A stretch of 64,000 nt of DNA from Octopus bimaculoides (GCF_001194135.2 NC_068999.1:50984727-51048726); one strand, 5' to 3'; counted from the stretch's first letter, positions 11,821-25,508 are shown. The notes: generated by a model not told the origin, from the letters alone. A program made the numbers and translations.

Positions 11821-14439
11821 ATCGTACCTATGTTTGATGTAGTACAGAACACGTTCTGTGTGAACATATCAACTCTGCAAAAGGTTATTCTAGATAACCA
11901 TATCTAGATATTGTGCTGGGTACGCCCCAATGTCGTCATAACATTATTAGCAACGAGATATTCGAAATCCCGGAGACATTACATGAAAGGACGATGAAAT
12001 TTTACAGAACTCTACATAGCATACTACATGAATTATTTGTTATATGTTTTCAATGAAACTATATTACGATGACTACCATTCCTCATATCCGTGTGTTTTG
12101 GTTGAAATCACCCGAAAATATCCTTGTATTTTTTGTATTTGTAAAAAAAAAATACTTAACATTTACAACGATGCCGAAATTTGATTATTGGAATACGTTA
12201 ACATGTCTTTATCCAGTGCAAAAATGATTTTACAAAACAAGGTAGAAAACAATTGAATACTGGAATAATGTTGTAAATGTTTTCCTAATGTTACCAATAA
12301 ATTTTGAGTGTTGTGTATATCGTAAAACAACTACTGAATGTAAATATGATATAGTTACTTTTTCATGATGAAATTCTCAGTGCATAGATATTATTGCTTC
12401 TGTCATAATAGAAGCAATCTCAAATTTTGTCATAACTTCAACTAGAACTTTCACAAAGTTTAGCATTAAAATATAATCGAAAACAGCAAAACGATATGTA
12501 AGAAATGGAGAAGAGAAAAAATATATTATCGCTAGGGACAGAAAAAATGGCAAATCTGTAATTGACAAACAAAGATGAAAATGTTTAAAATGGAGTAACA
12601 TATTGAATAGTTTCCTTTTATTTCTTTCTTTCATATATTTACTTTCTTTTTAATTTTCTTTTTCTTTTTTCATCACACTGAATGTCGGAAAATAATTTTA
12701 CATTAACATTCAAAGCCTTTGAAATGAACATTTAATCATTTATTTTCTTTGTTAATGGAAACACATTACAGCAACTGAAGTAGTAGTTTTACGTAAATAC
12801 TTGAAGCAAAATAATTTTCAATGGTATAAAAATGGAGCAAAATTTCTTAATCGCCAACGTGATTCACTCCAATTATCATGTCAAAGATTCAATAACCAAA
12901 GCTCACATACATATCTAGCATTAACATTCATTAGCATTAACGAGTTAGCACACACACACGCACCCACACACATATAATATACATTTAGATATACATATCC
13001 TATCGTACGCATACTCAGGCCTATAAATCGTAACTCACATCCACGCAAACGCTGAAACAAGGGGCAAATATCGTTGTGTGGTTTCCCATTAACAACGTTA
13101 GTGTTAAGTAGCGTCTTGGTCATGTATATTGAACTGGAGATTTAAGGCGATGTTTAAAACTTCCGAAGTGATATGGGTGTATATTGTAACTCTCCGTGGT
13201 TGGTAGCTATTATCTGGCAGCAACTGGACGACAGCGATATATAGCTACCATCAATAAAATTTGCTATATTGTAAGTTTTAGAGTTTGTATTCAACATAAT
13301 GGTGAAACAATGGCATTCCATTCGTCTACTCAAAAAGTCACAGGGAAACTGCGAAGTATAGACGCAAATTGTTATCTATTGACTTATTCATAAACAAATA
13401 ATAATGCATCTGCAAAGAAATACGCAGACGTATCTATTTACTGGCAGGAAAAATACTAAAATGAAGAGAAATAATGGAATTCGTTAAGATAATTATCGAC
13501 CACTGATGTTTGAAATAAAACTTTAAACAAGTGAGTGTTACGTAAGCTATACATAGTCAACTGAGTTGTCGCTCCTGCCAAATCTCCGGCGGACAGGCAC
13601 GGACACAAACACGTGTACAAACACGTATATATGCATCTGATAGTATTGATTAAAACTATTTGATTCAACTCTATGATATATAACCCAGACGAGCATACAT
13701 AACATACAGCATTACAGAGACTAAATACATTAAAATACTATTCCTGTAAAATATGGAAGATACAACGTGCAATAAGTCAGACACTAGTCTATTGGGGACC
13801 TACAATAATGTTTACTTTTGTCTCACCGTGAACAATATTTGTCCCTCTCACTTTCTGTAACTTTTTTAGTTCTAGTTCTCTTGGAACACACACACACACA
13901 CACACACACACANNNNNNNNNNNNNNNNNNNNNNNNNNNNNNNNNNNNNNNNNNNNNNNNNNNNNNNNNNNNNNNNNNNNNNNNNNNNNNNNNNNNNNNN
14001 NNNNNNNNNNNNNNNNNNNNNNNNNNNNNNNNNNNNNNNNNNNNNNNNNNNNNNNNNNNNNNNNNNNNNNNNNNNNNNNNNNNNNNNNNNNNNNNNNNNN
14101 TATATATATATATATATGCGTGAGTGCGTCCGTACGTGCGCGCGTATGTGTGTCTGTGTGTGCATGCATGTGAGGTAATATTCAAAATGGAGTGGTATAC
14201 CGACACCCGCATGTGGCACGCTTGAACAATTGCAAAGATGCCTTCGCGTGAAACTGGGTTGCCTTGTTAATCCACGTGGTATCACGGCATCGACTTCACT
14301 ATGGCACGTTGTTATACATCGTTGGTCACAATGCATTTAGCATCATTTTAGCTCTCGATCCGGATAGCTAGGCGAGCAGGCCAACATTCCCACTGGTCAG
14401 AAGGCTGGTCCATAAAAGGTTTAGGAATTTACTTACTGA

Positions 14440-14535
14440 GTGACATGAAGTATTTTGCTCAAGAACACTACGGAGCTGATATGAGAGTCTAAGTCACGAT
14501 CACATGACTATGAGCGAAACACTACTAGCCACCAG
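14440..14535 (-). mobile_element. Highly degenerate tRNA-SINE head
   Basis: TTTTGCTCAAGAACAC...CTAAGTCACGATCACATGACTATGAGCG...CTAGCCACCAGGCGACG resembles the reverse complement of a tRNA-like head. Confidence 0.35.
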
Positions 14536-16047
14536 GCGACGAGCCTTAATATATANNNNNNNNNNATATATATATACGTGTACATCGGTGCATGTTTTGT
14601 GTGTCTGTATGTGCCTATGTATTTACGTGCTTGTATGCGAGAGTGTGTGTGTGTTTGTGTGTGTATGCGTGTGATCATGTGCGTGTGTGCGCGCACGTAC
14701 ACAGGTGCATGCCAATGTGTGTAAATGTATATATTCTACCGTCTATACATATACACACACACACAATATAGTTAGAAAAATTGCAAGATGCAAATGGATA
14801 TCACTGATACACATTGATCATTGGCAAATCCTCCTAATACATAGATCTGTATACTACAGCAGGCAATTCTCTTTTTGTATACGAGATTCCACTTAGGTGG
14901 CATTGATCAATTCGAGGTTCCAGCCGAAGAACTGTCCAGAAGAAAGATCTATAACATCGAAGAATATTGTCACTACTTCAACACACTACTCACGATTGAT
15001 TTCAAGCGAAATAATATTATTGAGGAAATTTGATGAATTATTTAACGTGTTTTAGAACTGTATTAGGTGGCCATAATTCCATCTAAGTATTAAGCATTGT
15101 CTGAAGTTCACTATAGGAATTCAATATTTATGCCAAGAGCTTTTCTAAACAGCTGTTTCAAATTTATGCATTGAATAGTAAAAACCAGACATCCTATCAA
15201 TAAATTAATATTCTTGCAGGCAAACTGGCTTTGTCCTTCGTGGATAAAAGTGCATGTGAAATTCCCCAACGTTTGTCGTTGTCATAATTTGAAAGGATTT
15301 GTGTCCGTGTATCTACGGAACAGGCTTCGTCATTGATGTTTACGATGTTAAGGCGTTTTTAAAATTTGGTAGTTCACCGTGCTTAAGGCTGGACAGGGAA
15401 TCTAATCAACCGTAGACTTAGTCGTCAAAGATTTGGACGTCAAAGACTTGAAGAGAATCATAATTTTTAATTCATTTCTCTTTAGGTATTCTCCCAAGCC
15501 GGTCTCTAGGCTTTTATCAACATATCACTTTAATTCTTCCAAATCACATGCATGATCAACTTTCTATTCAATGATTAGCGATGTCATTGACCAATCGAAA
15601 TTTGTTTACAGGGTTTGTCCTAAATTTTATTCAACTAGTTATTTAATGCAGAGTTTATTTAATGCAGAGTTTATTCAACTAGTTATTTAATGCAGAATTT
15701 AATTACAAACTTAGAACACGATATACAATAGCTGATAATCAAATCTCACTATCCTGTTTTTGTTACCACTTTCACCCTCCGCAAAAAATCCCAAATTTTA
15801 TTTTATTTGCTTTGCCGGAAGGACTGTTTTAACGAAGTGGCGTCTTGTCCCTACCTTCGAAACACAGAGTAGATAAAACAAGCGACAACTAATGAAGGGA
15901 ATGTTCCTTATGTTGCCTGTCTCGTTTCTCTGTTTGTTTGTTTATTTTGTTGTTCCAAAAACAAAAAACTTCGTTCTTTATGATTTTGTTTTTTTATGCT
16001 CTCGTTTCTCATATTGCCTACGTTTTTTTATGCCGTGTACACATATA

Positions 16048-16084
<37 letters not shown>

Positions 16085-16495
16085 TTATATGTAGGTATGC
16101 ACATATATGTATATCTGCATATATTTATATATTATTCATATCATATATAGATGTGTGTAGACATATATATATATACATATATAGTAGAATTATACGAAAA
16201 CATAGACACACATATATAGTTATGTATATATGCATATTCTGTGCTATATTCTATGCTTTTGTATACGTCACATTTCATATCTATTCAGCTCGCATCCCTA
16301 AAACATCTTTGACATTTTATAGTTTTATTACGTTAATAAAATCTGACAGGGACCGGGTTTAGCTTTTAAATCAGTACGAAGATTCGTAAATATAATAATT
16401 ACGGGGATAATAATGCATCACGAAGTGTAATTGCAAACTTATCATATTTTAAGATGTCTGTCAAACTCACAAAAAATATGTCAAAAGCACTTTCC

Positions 16496-16541
<46 letters not shown>

Positions 16542-17334
16542 NNNNNNNNNNNNNNNNNNNNNNNNNNNNNNNNNNNNNNNNNNNNNNNNNNNNNNNNNNN
16601 NNNNNNNNNNNNNNNNNNNNNNNNNNNNNNNNNNNNNNNNNNNNNNNNNNNNNNNNNNNNNNNNNNNNNNNNNNNNNNNNNNNNNNNNNNNNNNNNNNNN
16701 NNNNNNNNNNNNNNNNNNNNNNNNNNNNNNNNNNNNNNNNNNNNNNNNNNNNNNNNNNNNNNNNNNNNNNNNNNNNNNNNNTATATATACTACTGTGATG
16801 TGTTTTATACTTTTCTGCTTTCAAAGTTATATATTATCAATGAATATTTGCATATATTTTTTCGATCAAGAATGGTTTTTGCTGCTTTGCGTGATAGTTT
16901 TCATTATTATGCGTAATATGCGATTTACGCATTTTAATTGTGAGTGAAATTGTGATGCTTGGCTACATCATCAATCACTGAATATTGTACGTTGAGTCAG
17001 AATTATAAGTAAAGTTGCTAATTAGCACGATTGAAGGGCGCTGACATTTCTGAAATGAAGTAAGTGAATTAATCGGGTCACAATAGCTAGATAGATTCAC
17101 CAATCAATCACATGGACACAAAGCATCGAAAGAATGTGAGGCTAGTGACTGAGTTTCAGAGTCAACTGTACTTGAGTAACGTCAATAAATAATATATAAG
17201 TTTGTACAAGATAAAAATTCCAGTTGTCAGAACTTTACATCCAAAAACGAAATCGTGTTTACAGTGATTTATAAGACTTAGATGGGATACCTGTTTATAT
17301 TAAAAATTCAAAATATAAAAAATAATAAAAGTAG

Positions 17335-17352
17335 CAGTAGTAATAGTAGTAT

Positions 17353-17412
<60 letters not shown>
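17335..17412. repeat. (TAG)n microsatellite
   Basis: Read directly. Confidence 0.95.
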
Positions 17413-17413
<1 letters not shown>

Positions 17414-18044
17414 TGCATTAGCAATAGTAGTATATGATTATACAAATCGCGAAGTGCCGGACAAACATACACGATAGTCTTTAATTATATCGCCTTACTT
17501 CTGAGATTCAAAATTCAGGCCGTGTGACTTTAAACTACTAAATTTGTGCTACGTTTCAAGAAATTATTATCCGACAATTAGTGTTAGATTTTTCAAATAA
17601 CTGTACCTCTCACTCCAAATTTATGGATTTTTGCCAATCACAATGAGAACCATTATTATGATATTAAATCCTAATCAATACATATACATACATACATACA
17701 TACATATATATANNNNNNNNNNNNNNNNNNNNNNNNNNNNNNNNNNNNNNNNNNNNNNNNNNNNNNNNNNNNNNNNNNNNNNNNNNNNNNNNNNNNNNNN
17801 NNNNNNNNNNNNNNNNNNNNNNNNNNNNNNNNNNNNNNNNNNNNNNNNNNNNNNNNNNNNNNNNNNNNNNNNNNNNNNNNNNNNNNNNNNNNNNNNNNNN
17901 NNNNNNNNNNNNNNNNNNNNNNNNNNNNNNNNNNNNNNNNNNNNNNNNNNNNNNNNNNNNNNNNNNNNNNNNNNNNNNNNNNNNNNNNNNNNNNNNNNNN
18001 NNNNNNNNNNNNNNNNNNNNNNNNNNNNNNNNNNNNNNNNNNNN

Positions 18045-18077
<33 letters not shown>

Positions 18078-18455
18078 ATGTATATATGTATTTATGTTTT
18101 CTTATTTGCTTTCCGTGTCAGGTTCTTTACAGACGTTGGTCATTAACTCCTAGAAATAACAAATTTATGATGCTGTGAATTTTGATTATAGGTTTTAGTT
18201 TTTGTGCCAGAAGAATTACGTCTGTGTCTGAGGAGAGATAAAATATATGGGTAACTTCAGAAGGTTAAATAAAAGCATAGTATACACAGTTATTCAATAA
18301 GTGTCGAGATAGTGTTTGTAACGTGTCTAAAGAAAATGATAGGAAGAAACCACCCTTAGTTGTTTCATCACATGAACTTATATGAAATGTCGAATAATTT
18401 GCAATGTACTTACGAAACTCGGCACACATCCTCCCTATATATGCATATGTATATG

Positions 18456-18508
<53 letters not shown>

Positions 18509-18668
18509 GCGGTGATTTACAATGTTCGTATATATACAATAGTCCATCTCTGCTTGAGATATAGAATAGATATTTATGACACAAACACATAGACGGCTAG
18601 CTATTATGAATAAATATATCTACATGCCCCACTTGTTTATACAGTCAGTTTACCTCACTCTCCATAGA

Positions 18669-19301
18669 TATTGGGTCATTCCATAAATAATGCAGTTTTT
18701 TTATACTTGTTTTATTTTTCAAAATTAAGATAAACAAAGTTCTATTTGAATTTAACATACTGTTCATTTTCTACAATTTTCTTCCATCTATCTGGTAGAG
18801 TTGCAAGGGCCCTCTGTCAAAATTCACTTGTCTGTGACGAAAAATACACTTCCAGTACTGTTATGACTTCATCTACACAATTCATATTTTTCTGTCCAAA
18901 TGATTTTGAAGACTGCAGAATAAATGATAATCAGATGGCGCTATATCCGCCGATTATATGGTGGGTGCAGCATAACTTCCTAGTCAAACAGCCTTTGGAA
19001 TGTCATCCTCGCTGTATATGACCGACCATAATCCTGATAGAAGAACACCTTTCGTCTTGAAACCAAAGATGGTCGTTCTTCTTCAAGCGCAGATTTAAGC
19101 CACTCAAGCTGCTCCTTTGTTATCGTTTCGTTTGGGATTAAAAGTTGAAAGTGGATTAAACCAGCAAACAGATAACACCTTACGTGGGTGAAGACTTTCT
19201 TTAGCGTAGAGTGCCGTGTTTCGCCTTTCCCTACCCACTGTCATCGGCGCTTGACATTTTTTATAGAGAACGAGTTTCTCGTCACCAGTCACTATTCTAT
19301 C
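18669..19301 (-). mobile_element. mariner (DD34D) transposon, 3' part with TIR, pseudogenised transposase
   Basis: Minus-strand translation with stops and frameshifts gives DRIVTGDEKLVLY...LHPRKV...LKSALEEERPSLVSRRKVFFYQDYGRSYTAR...EVMLHPPY/SADIAPSDYHLFCSLQNHL...LPDRWKKIVEN, covering the mariner TGDEKW and YSPDLAPSDY motifs. The stop is at 18742-18744 and the TIR-like end TA-TTGGGTCATTCCATAAATAATGC starts at 18669. Confidence 0.9.
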
Positions 19302-19405
19302 GATTTCTCTTGCCGAACCGCTAGGTTACGGGGACGTAAACACACCAGCATCGGTGGTCAAGTGATGTTGGGGGGGGGGGGACAAATACACACACACACA
19401 CTGTC

Positions 19406-19453
<48 letters not shown>

Positions 19454-19607
19454 GACAGGCTTCTTTCAATTTCCATCTACCAAATCCACTCACGAGGCTT
19501 CAGTCGGCCCGAGGCTATTGCAGAAGACACTTGCCCAAGGTACCACGCAGCGGCACTGAACCTTGAATCATGTGGTTTGTAAGCAAGCTACTTACCACAC
19601 GGCTATG
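19293..19607 (-). mobile_element. Family A SINE, 3'-truncated, with internal (TA)n/(CA)n
   Basis: Reverse complement aligns to 63300-63630: head TAGCCGTGTGGTAAGTAGCTTGC, body, microsatellite, then GTAACCTAGCGGTTCGGCAAGAGAAATCGATAGAATA. Confidence 0.9.
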
Positions 19608-19639
19608 TCTGTTTACAATATCTACAACAAGGTCATAAC

Positions 19640-19795
19640 CTTCAGGTTTCGCCGAGTTTGAATTTGCTTTTCATCCTATCGGAGTCGATAAAATAAGTAC
19701 CATTTGAACAGTGTAGTGGAGGTAATTCCCTTTCTCCCACCTCCGAAACTGATCACCTGGTACCAAAATTTAAAACTAATATATTACGGAATTCA
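19640..19795 (+). mobile_element. Family B SINE fragment
   Basis: TTTCGCCGAGTTTGAATTTGCTTTTCATCCTATCGGAGTCGATAAAATAAGTACC matches the family B body. Confidence 0.7.
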
Positions 19796-21156
19796 AGATA
19801 TCACGTTAACATGTGAAATTCTGATAGTTAATAAGATTTAAAAAGATAATCATGAAAACTTAATACGATTTGTGACGTCTTTACTTATATCTAAAATAGT
19901 TATATGTTTGAATACCATTGGTTTAGTTCGTTAACATCACTCATTACGAAGTTTCCTCTGTAATATAGTATAAATATATTAATGCTAATAAGATATATAT
20001 GTTTATTAATGTACGACTACAGCACCAAATAAGTTACACGCTGATGCATAAGTCGTACTACAGTTTCACTAATGAAAATAACAATCTTTGTGAGAAATAA
20101 TATCTTGTGTGTCTAAGTATGTATTGAAATCTGGTCAACAACTTTTCTGATGAGATACTAAATCTACTCCAAGGGAATTTGCTACTGATCAAGTATGTCA
20201 TTATAAGTCAAAGGCCATGTATATTCTTCATAATATCGCAACATTAACGTCTCAGAGAACATTAAGTGTTAAACTAATCAGTCAAGTGTACGAAAGTGGG
20301 AAAGCATGAACTTGTACTAAGTAATACAGTGATATTAATTCGTCAATGTCATGAGTGTGATTGATGGCATCGAATCGAAATAATCAGAATTGATAGATCG
20401 ATATTTCTTAAGGATATCATTTTCAGTAAATATCCTGAATTGACATACATTACTCGCAGCTGGTGTTTTCGATATTTTCGATCTGTATACACTATAGCAA
20501 GCTTTCCTAGTATATCTTTGGTTATTAGGAATTATCAAGCCAAATTCTTTTGTATATGATTCCTCTTGTCTATTTGTTTGGGGTGAAAAAGAAGCTCTAT
20601 GTATTCTTTTTGAATAGTTAATAGTCGAAGGTTAAATGATAAACTATGTGAAGAGGAATTTGCAGAAGGACAACGATCTGGTTTAGATACAAGGTGGGGT
20701 GGTTAGCCATTATTGTGGCGTAAATGAGTCCGGAAAATCTAACTGGAGACAAGGTGAGAACAACCAGTTACAAAGAAGAAAGTTTAGTACAAAGAACAAC
20801 AAAGACATGAGAGATCTTAAAAGAGTGCATGCCTGTGGACCAGCGACTGTGGACCAAGTCAAATTTTGTACACGATTTTATGCCAATTATTCCATTGCTC
20901 ATTCTTAGTAGCTAGAGTTCTGTCATAATAAATGTTATTATCTTCAATGTTATTATCTTCAATGTTATGTAATGATTCAAGGGGGTATATGAATGACAGA
21001 AAGTGCTCGCCAAAGTCTCTATGATAATGTAATATTTCGTTAGAACACTCTCCTTTACTCTCCATATTATTCCCGCATTACCTCACTTCCCCATCACTAA
21101 GGATTATCTCCTACTGCTATCATCCACCTAATTTATCGAATTTTCTTTACGTTATA

Positions 21157-21536
21157 TTGGCACTCCGTCGGTTACGATGACGAGGGTTCCACTTGATCCG
21201 ATCAACGGAACAGCCTGCTCGTGAAATTAACGTGCAAGTGGCTGAGCACTCCACAGACACGTGTACCCTTAACGTAGTTCTCGAGGAGATTCAGCGTGAC
21301 ACAGAGTGTGACAAGGCTGACCGTTTGAATTACAGGTACAACAGAAACAGGAAGAAAGAATGGGAGAAAGTTGTGGTGAAAGAGTACAGCAGGATTCGCC
21401 ACCATCCCCTGCCGGAGCCTCGTGGAGCTTTAGGTGTCTTCGCTCAATAAACACTCACAACGCCCAGTCTGGGAATCGAAACCGCGATCCTATGACCGCG
21501 AGTCCACTGCCCTAACCACTGGGCCATTGCGCCTCC
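21157..21536 (-). mobile_element. tRNA-derived SINE, family C (full length, about 380 bp)
   Basis: Minus-strand head GGAGGCGCAATGGCCCAGTGGTTAGGGCAG...GGTTTCGATTCC has A and B boxes. A near-identical second copy lies at 50939-51318 and a partial one at 52618-52712. Confidence 0.9.
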
Positions 21537-22493
21537 CTCCAAATTATATCTCTCTATAATTACGCGTTATTTTTAAACACTTTCCATTAAATACATAACA
21601 TGCATTAAATCACTGATATGATTTTTTTAATGTTTTCTAGTATGCATTGAGTTTGCCCTCAAGTTATATGCAATATTTTAATTATCGGGTTGCAATTAAA
21701 GCGGGCAACATGTCTTCGAAAGAATTTTCCTTAATCACCTTTCATGAATCCGAATAATAAATTTCAATATATCATGAGAAATCTCATGACACTGCGAATG
21801 ACAGCAATTAAGGAAGATTTAATTAGTTAATTGATTAATTAGGGTACTGGTCGGAATTATATGAGCGGGATTGGCTTCTATAATGACATAAGAAACAAAC
21901 TACACAGTGTACATGTATGAATGTGTTAATATATGTATCTATGTATGTATGTATGTATGTATGTATGTATGTATGTATGTATGTATGTATGTATGCATGT
22001 TTGTATGTACATATTTATCTATGTATCTCTGTCTCATTATATATATATATATGATATGCATATATACATACACAAACACAAACACACACACACACATGGA
22101 TACGTATAAATGGATATATACACGGACATAAACGCACACACTCACACACGCACGCACGCACACACACACACACACACAAACACATATATATCTATCTATC
22201 TATATATATATATATATATATATAGCATTTATATTTCTCGACAAGTCTTACCTTGTAAAGCATATATGTGTGCATACACCATTCTTAAAAAAATTGTTCC
22301 AAATAAATCCTTTAAAAGGCATACATAATTGTTTGTCATAGATATCTTGTATTATATGTTATACGTAGATTAGAATTAATAAGCTAATTAGATAGCTTAA
22401 ATAATTTCAATAAGGTCTTGCTTTCACATACGTACATCTAGTAATTACGTGTGAAACGAGATTCATATTTCTTCAACTAGCTAGCAATACAAC

Positions 22494-22563
<70 letters not shown>

Positions 22564-22602
22564 TGATGATGATGATAATAATAATAATGATAATGATAAT
22601 AA
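22494..22602. repeat. (TAA)n/(TGA)n microsatellite
   Basis: Read directly; it abuts the RLE retroelement fragment. Confidence 0.95.
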
Positions 22603-23145
22603 TTAAGTGGGGGCTATAGAAAGGCAAGGTGTGGTATGTGCAAAACCACTGAGAGTGGCGGAGTCAGAGACTAGGAAAATTCTTTGGGATTTCCCAATCC
22701 AAACAGATCAGGTGCTAGAGAATTACAGACCAGACCTAGTGGTGGTGGACAAGGTGCACCACATATGATATATAGTTGATGTTGATGTTGCATACCCCTT
22801 TGACCCACGAATATTCAAGAAGGAAGGCAAAAAAGAAAATAGATACAACCCTCTTAAGTACGGAATAGCTCGGCCATGGAAAATGAAGAAGGTGAAGATT
22901 GTGCCAATTATTGTTGGGTCCTTAGGAAGAGTATCAAAAGGCATCAAGAGGAATATAAAGGAAATTGGAATAGAGTGCCCAGTAGAACTGTTACAAAAGG
23001 TTTACCTCCTTGCCACTGACACAATAATCAAGAAAGTATTAGTTGAAAAGAACGAATAGCATGGTACCGTGGGGTGCAGGTCGTAAGCCCGCTACGCATA
23101 CAAGACTCCAGGAGTTCAAAAAAATCCTGTGATAAAGTGAAAGTA
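22603..23145 (+). mobile_element. 5'-truncated R4/Dong-like non-LTR retrotransposon (restriction-like endonuclease domain plus 3' UTR)
   Basis: Frame 22643-23059, with one stop at 22766-22768, reads KPLRVAESETRKILWDFPIQTDQVLENYRPDLVVVDKVHHI*YIVDVDVAYPFDPRIFKKEGKKENRY...VKIVPIIVGSLGRV...LLQKVYLLAT. This contains the LWD, RPD, D-V-A-x-P, EK-like-Y and PIIVGSLG motifs of the RLE (PD..D/ExK) domain of R4-clade elements. It is purine-rich against the AT background. Confidence 0.85.
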
Positions 23146-24666
23146 ATAATAGTGATATTACATATATATATAAGGAGCAGTCAAACTCCAAACCACAATT
23201 AGGAATAATTTCGAAAGGGAATTAAAAATAAAAAACATTTACCATCTATTTCCTGAACATTGGTTTCAAGCTATTTTTAGCAAAATAAAATAATATTTTG
23301 CAAGGTCAGCTATCATCAGCAGGAAAACCACGATTAACACATAAACACGAGGCACAGCATAGAAACATTCCTCGTGCGTATATGTTATAATATTTCATAT
23401 TTACCGCGCATGTGCGGTTTTTCTTATCGGCAGCAAATACAAAAATTCTGATTTTCTTCCAGAAACTAGCCCAAAAATAGGTTTTGCGTGTATGTGTGTA
23501 TGTATATATATATATGTGTGTGTATGTGTGAGTGCTATTCTATTTTACTGCGTGCGACTAGATGTGTAATTGTGCTTCTGTATGATTGTACACTGTTGTG
23601 GAGCCGGGTGCATCTATCAAGAGGCACAACACAAATCCTTTGCGATGAGATCATTTTTAGGCGTACCTTCTGGCTATTTAGAGACAATATCTCGTCACTT
23701 TCTTGTCCTCTTTGTTTTAATGTCAAGCAATGCAACCTATGACCCCACATTCCGGTTGGGGACTGACACCGGTTTATATTTATCCACACCAGTTAACATT
23801 TGCCGTTAGGGAGAACTCTATCCTCTCATATCGCTCCTATATTGTTACGGTAGCTTTTTTTTTTTTTTTTTAGCCGAACCAGACAAAGCTTTATAGAACT
23901 TGTTTCCATTCTTTTACACTAACACAGAAAACTGCCAAGTAAACAGTCAAATTGACTATGAACCATTTACTTGTGTTTTATTTGATGCCTAATTATATCT
24001 CGACAGACAGATTGATACTGATGAATTCATTCTTTTGTCTTTGGAAACAGAGCATTACCAATGATTTGATATGGACATTGGAACTATAATTTAGAAAGAG
24101 AACATCTTATCACTACCGTCATTGTAATATTTAACCATATAAGTAAATATGTTAGACACTATTATTTAATTACTAACTCTTGCTGGCATTTCTTATAAAT
24201 TGTGTATTTAAAGATGATCGTAATTCAGTGATAGCGTTCGGAATCGCGCATTTATCTTAGTAACGTATTTACTCTGAATTGCATTTACATTGTATCAATT
24301 ATTCTGATGAGAAACAGTGCTATTTGTTTCTGCTAAATTGTCTTATAATATTGGTTTTTCTTTCTTGTGGCCGAGAATGGATATTGTTTTTCTTTTCTTT
24401 TTTTCGTATCTTTCTCTTTCTTTTTTGTTTTCTAGAAACATTGGATACGATTGATGGATAAACATAATTGTTTCTATTGCTCTAAGCAAGTGCTTTGTCA
24501 GTACAAATAGTTAATAATAGAGATTAACCGAACATAGAAATCTCATGTTAAGGGTGATCGTTTCATTAGCGTGAAAACTTTACTATCATTTTGCTATAGA
24601 GTAAAGAGTTAGATTTGACTCCAATAAATTTTGACTTAAAAGTAATACTTTTCAATAGATATCCTA

Positions 24667-24709
24667 TGTGGCTAATATCCTCGGTGGCTAATATCCTCGG
24701 TGGCTAATA
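24667..24709. repeat. 16-bp minisatellite GTGGCTAATATCCTCG, about 2.6 copies
   Basis: Read directly. Confidence 0.85.
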
Positions 24710-25508
24710 CGGAAATTTTTACAGTAAGAATAAATATTTCAATAAATATTTCAACATCTATTGTTTCCATACTTCGAAACCGAGTGCCATGCCACTAATA
24801 TTCCTCAACTCTATGCAGTGTATTATCCCTCCTGACCATTTAATTTTCTTTCCTTTTGCGGCCCCTTGCAATTCCTGTCTATCGCTTATTTGACCCAGCT
24901 TTCGTCCTTTGTTCCCTGTAAGTGCTTCAAACAAAAACATTTCTATGTTCTATACACTTCAGGATGTAATGTAATATATTTTATACTTAATGGGGCACAC
25001 TTCGGTGTTTAATGACCCAAAACACCTTTTCGAGATATAATTCGATGCTGATCATGGTGAGCTGATCGTAGATTGCACATTAGGTTATGGTCAATGCCTC
25101 GGGTCCTAATTATAAATGAATAGTTTGAATGACATCTTGCATGTGAAGTCGCCTTTTAACAATTTGCTTTTAAGAATGAAACATAACTTGAGAAGACTTA
25201 GCAGCAAATATTATTCATATTACTTAGGGTTAAAGCAAAGTAAACGTAGTGCAACACTTTAATATGTTAAACACCGTTAATACTGTTGTCATGAGTAAAC
25301 GAATACATCCAAAGCCGTCTTCCTTGTGTCACTAGATACAAAAGAGCCTCAAATAAATATTACAGAATCTATATACAGATAAGAAGGCAGTACGACTAAA
25401 AATCATCACGAATGAAAAAGGAACGAAATAATATTCAACAAACAACACTGAAATGAAATTCCTGATCAACAGATATAAATCATCGAATAGAGACTTCCCT
25501 TTAATATG

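Noticed and set aside
21193-21450. 85-aa ORF with plausible composition
   Set aside because: It is antisense to a family C SINE, and the same frame is broken by a stop in the sister copy near 51095.
24667-24709. Direct repeats as a CRISPR-like array
   Set aside because: The units are contiguous with no spacers and the context is eukaryotic; it is an ordinary minisatellite.
24758-24940. Peptide ELQGAAKGKKIKWSGGI resembling an RTE-X C-terminal motif
   Set aside because: Similarity is too short and degenerate to call.
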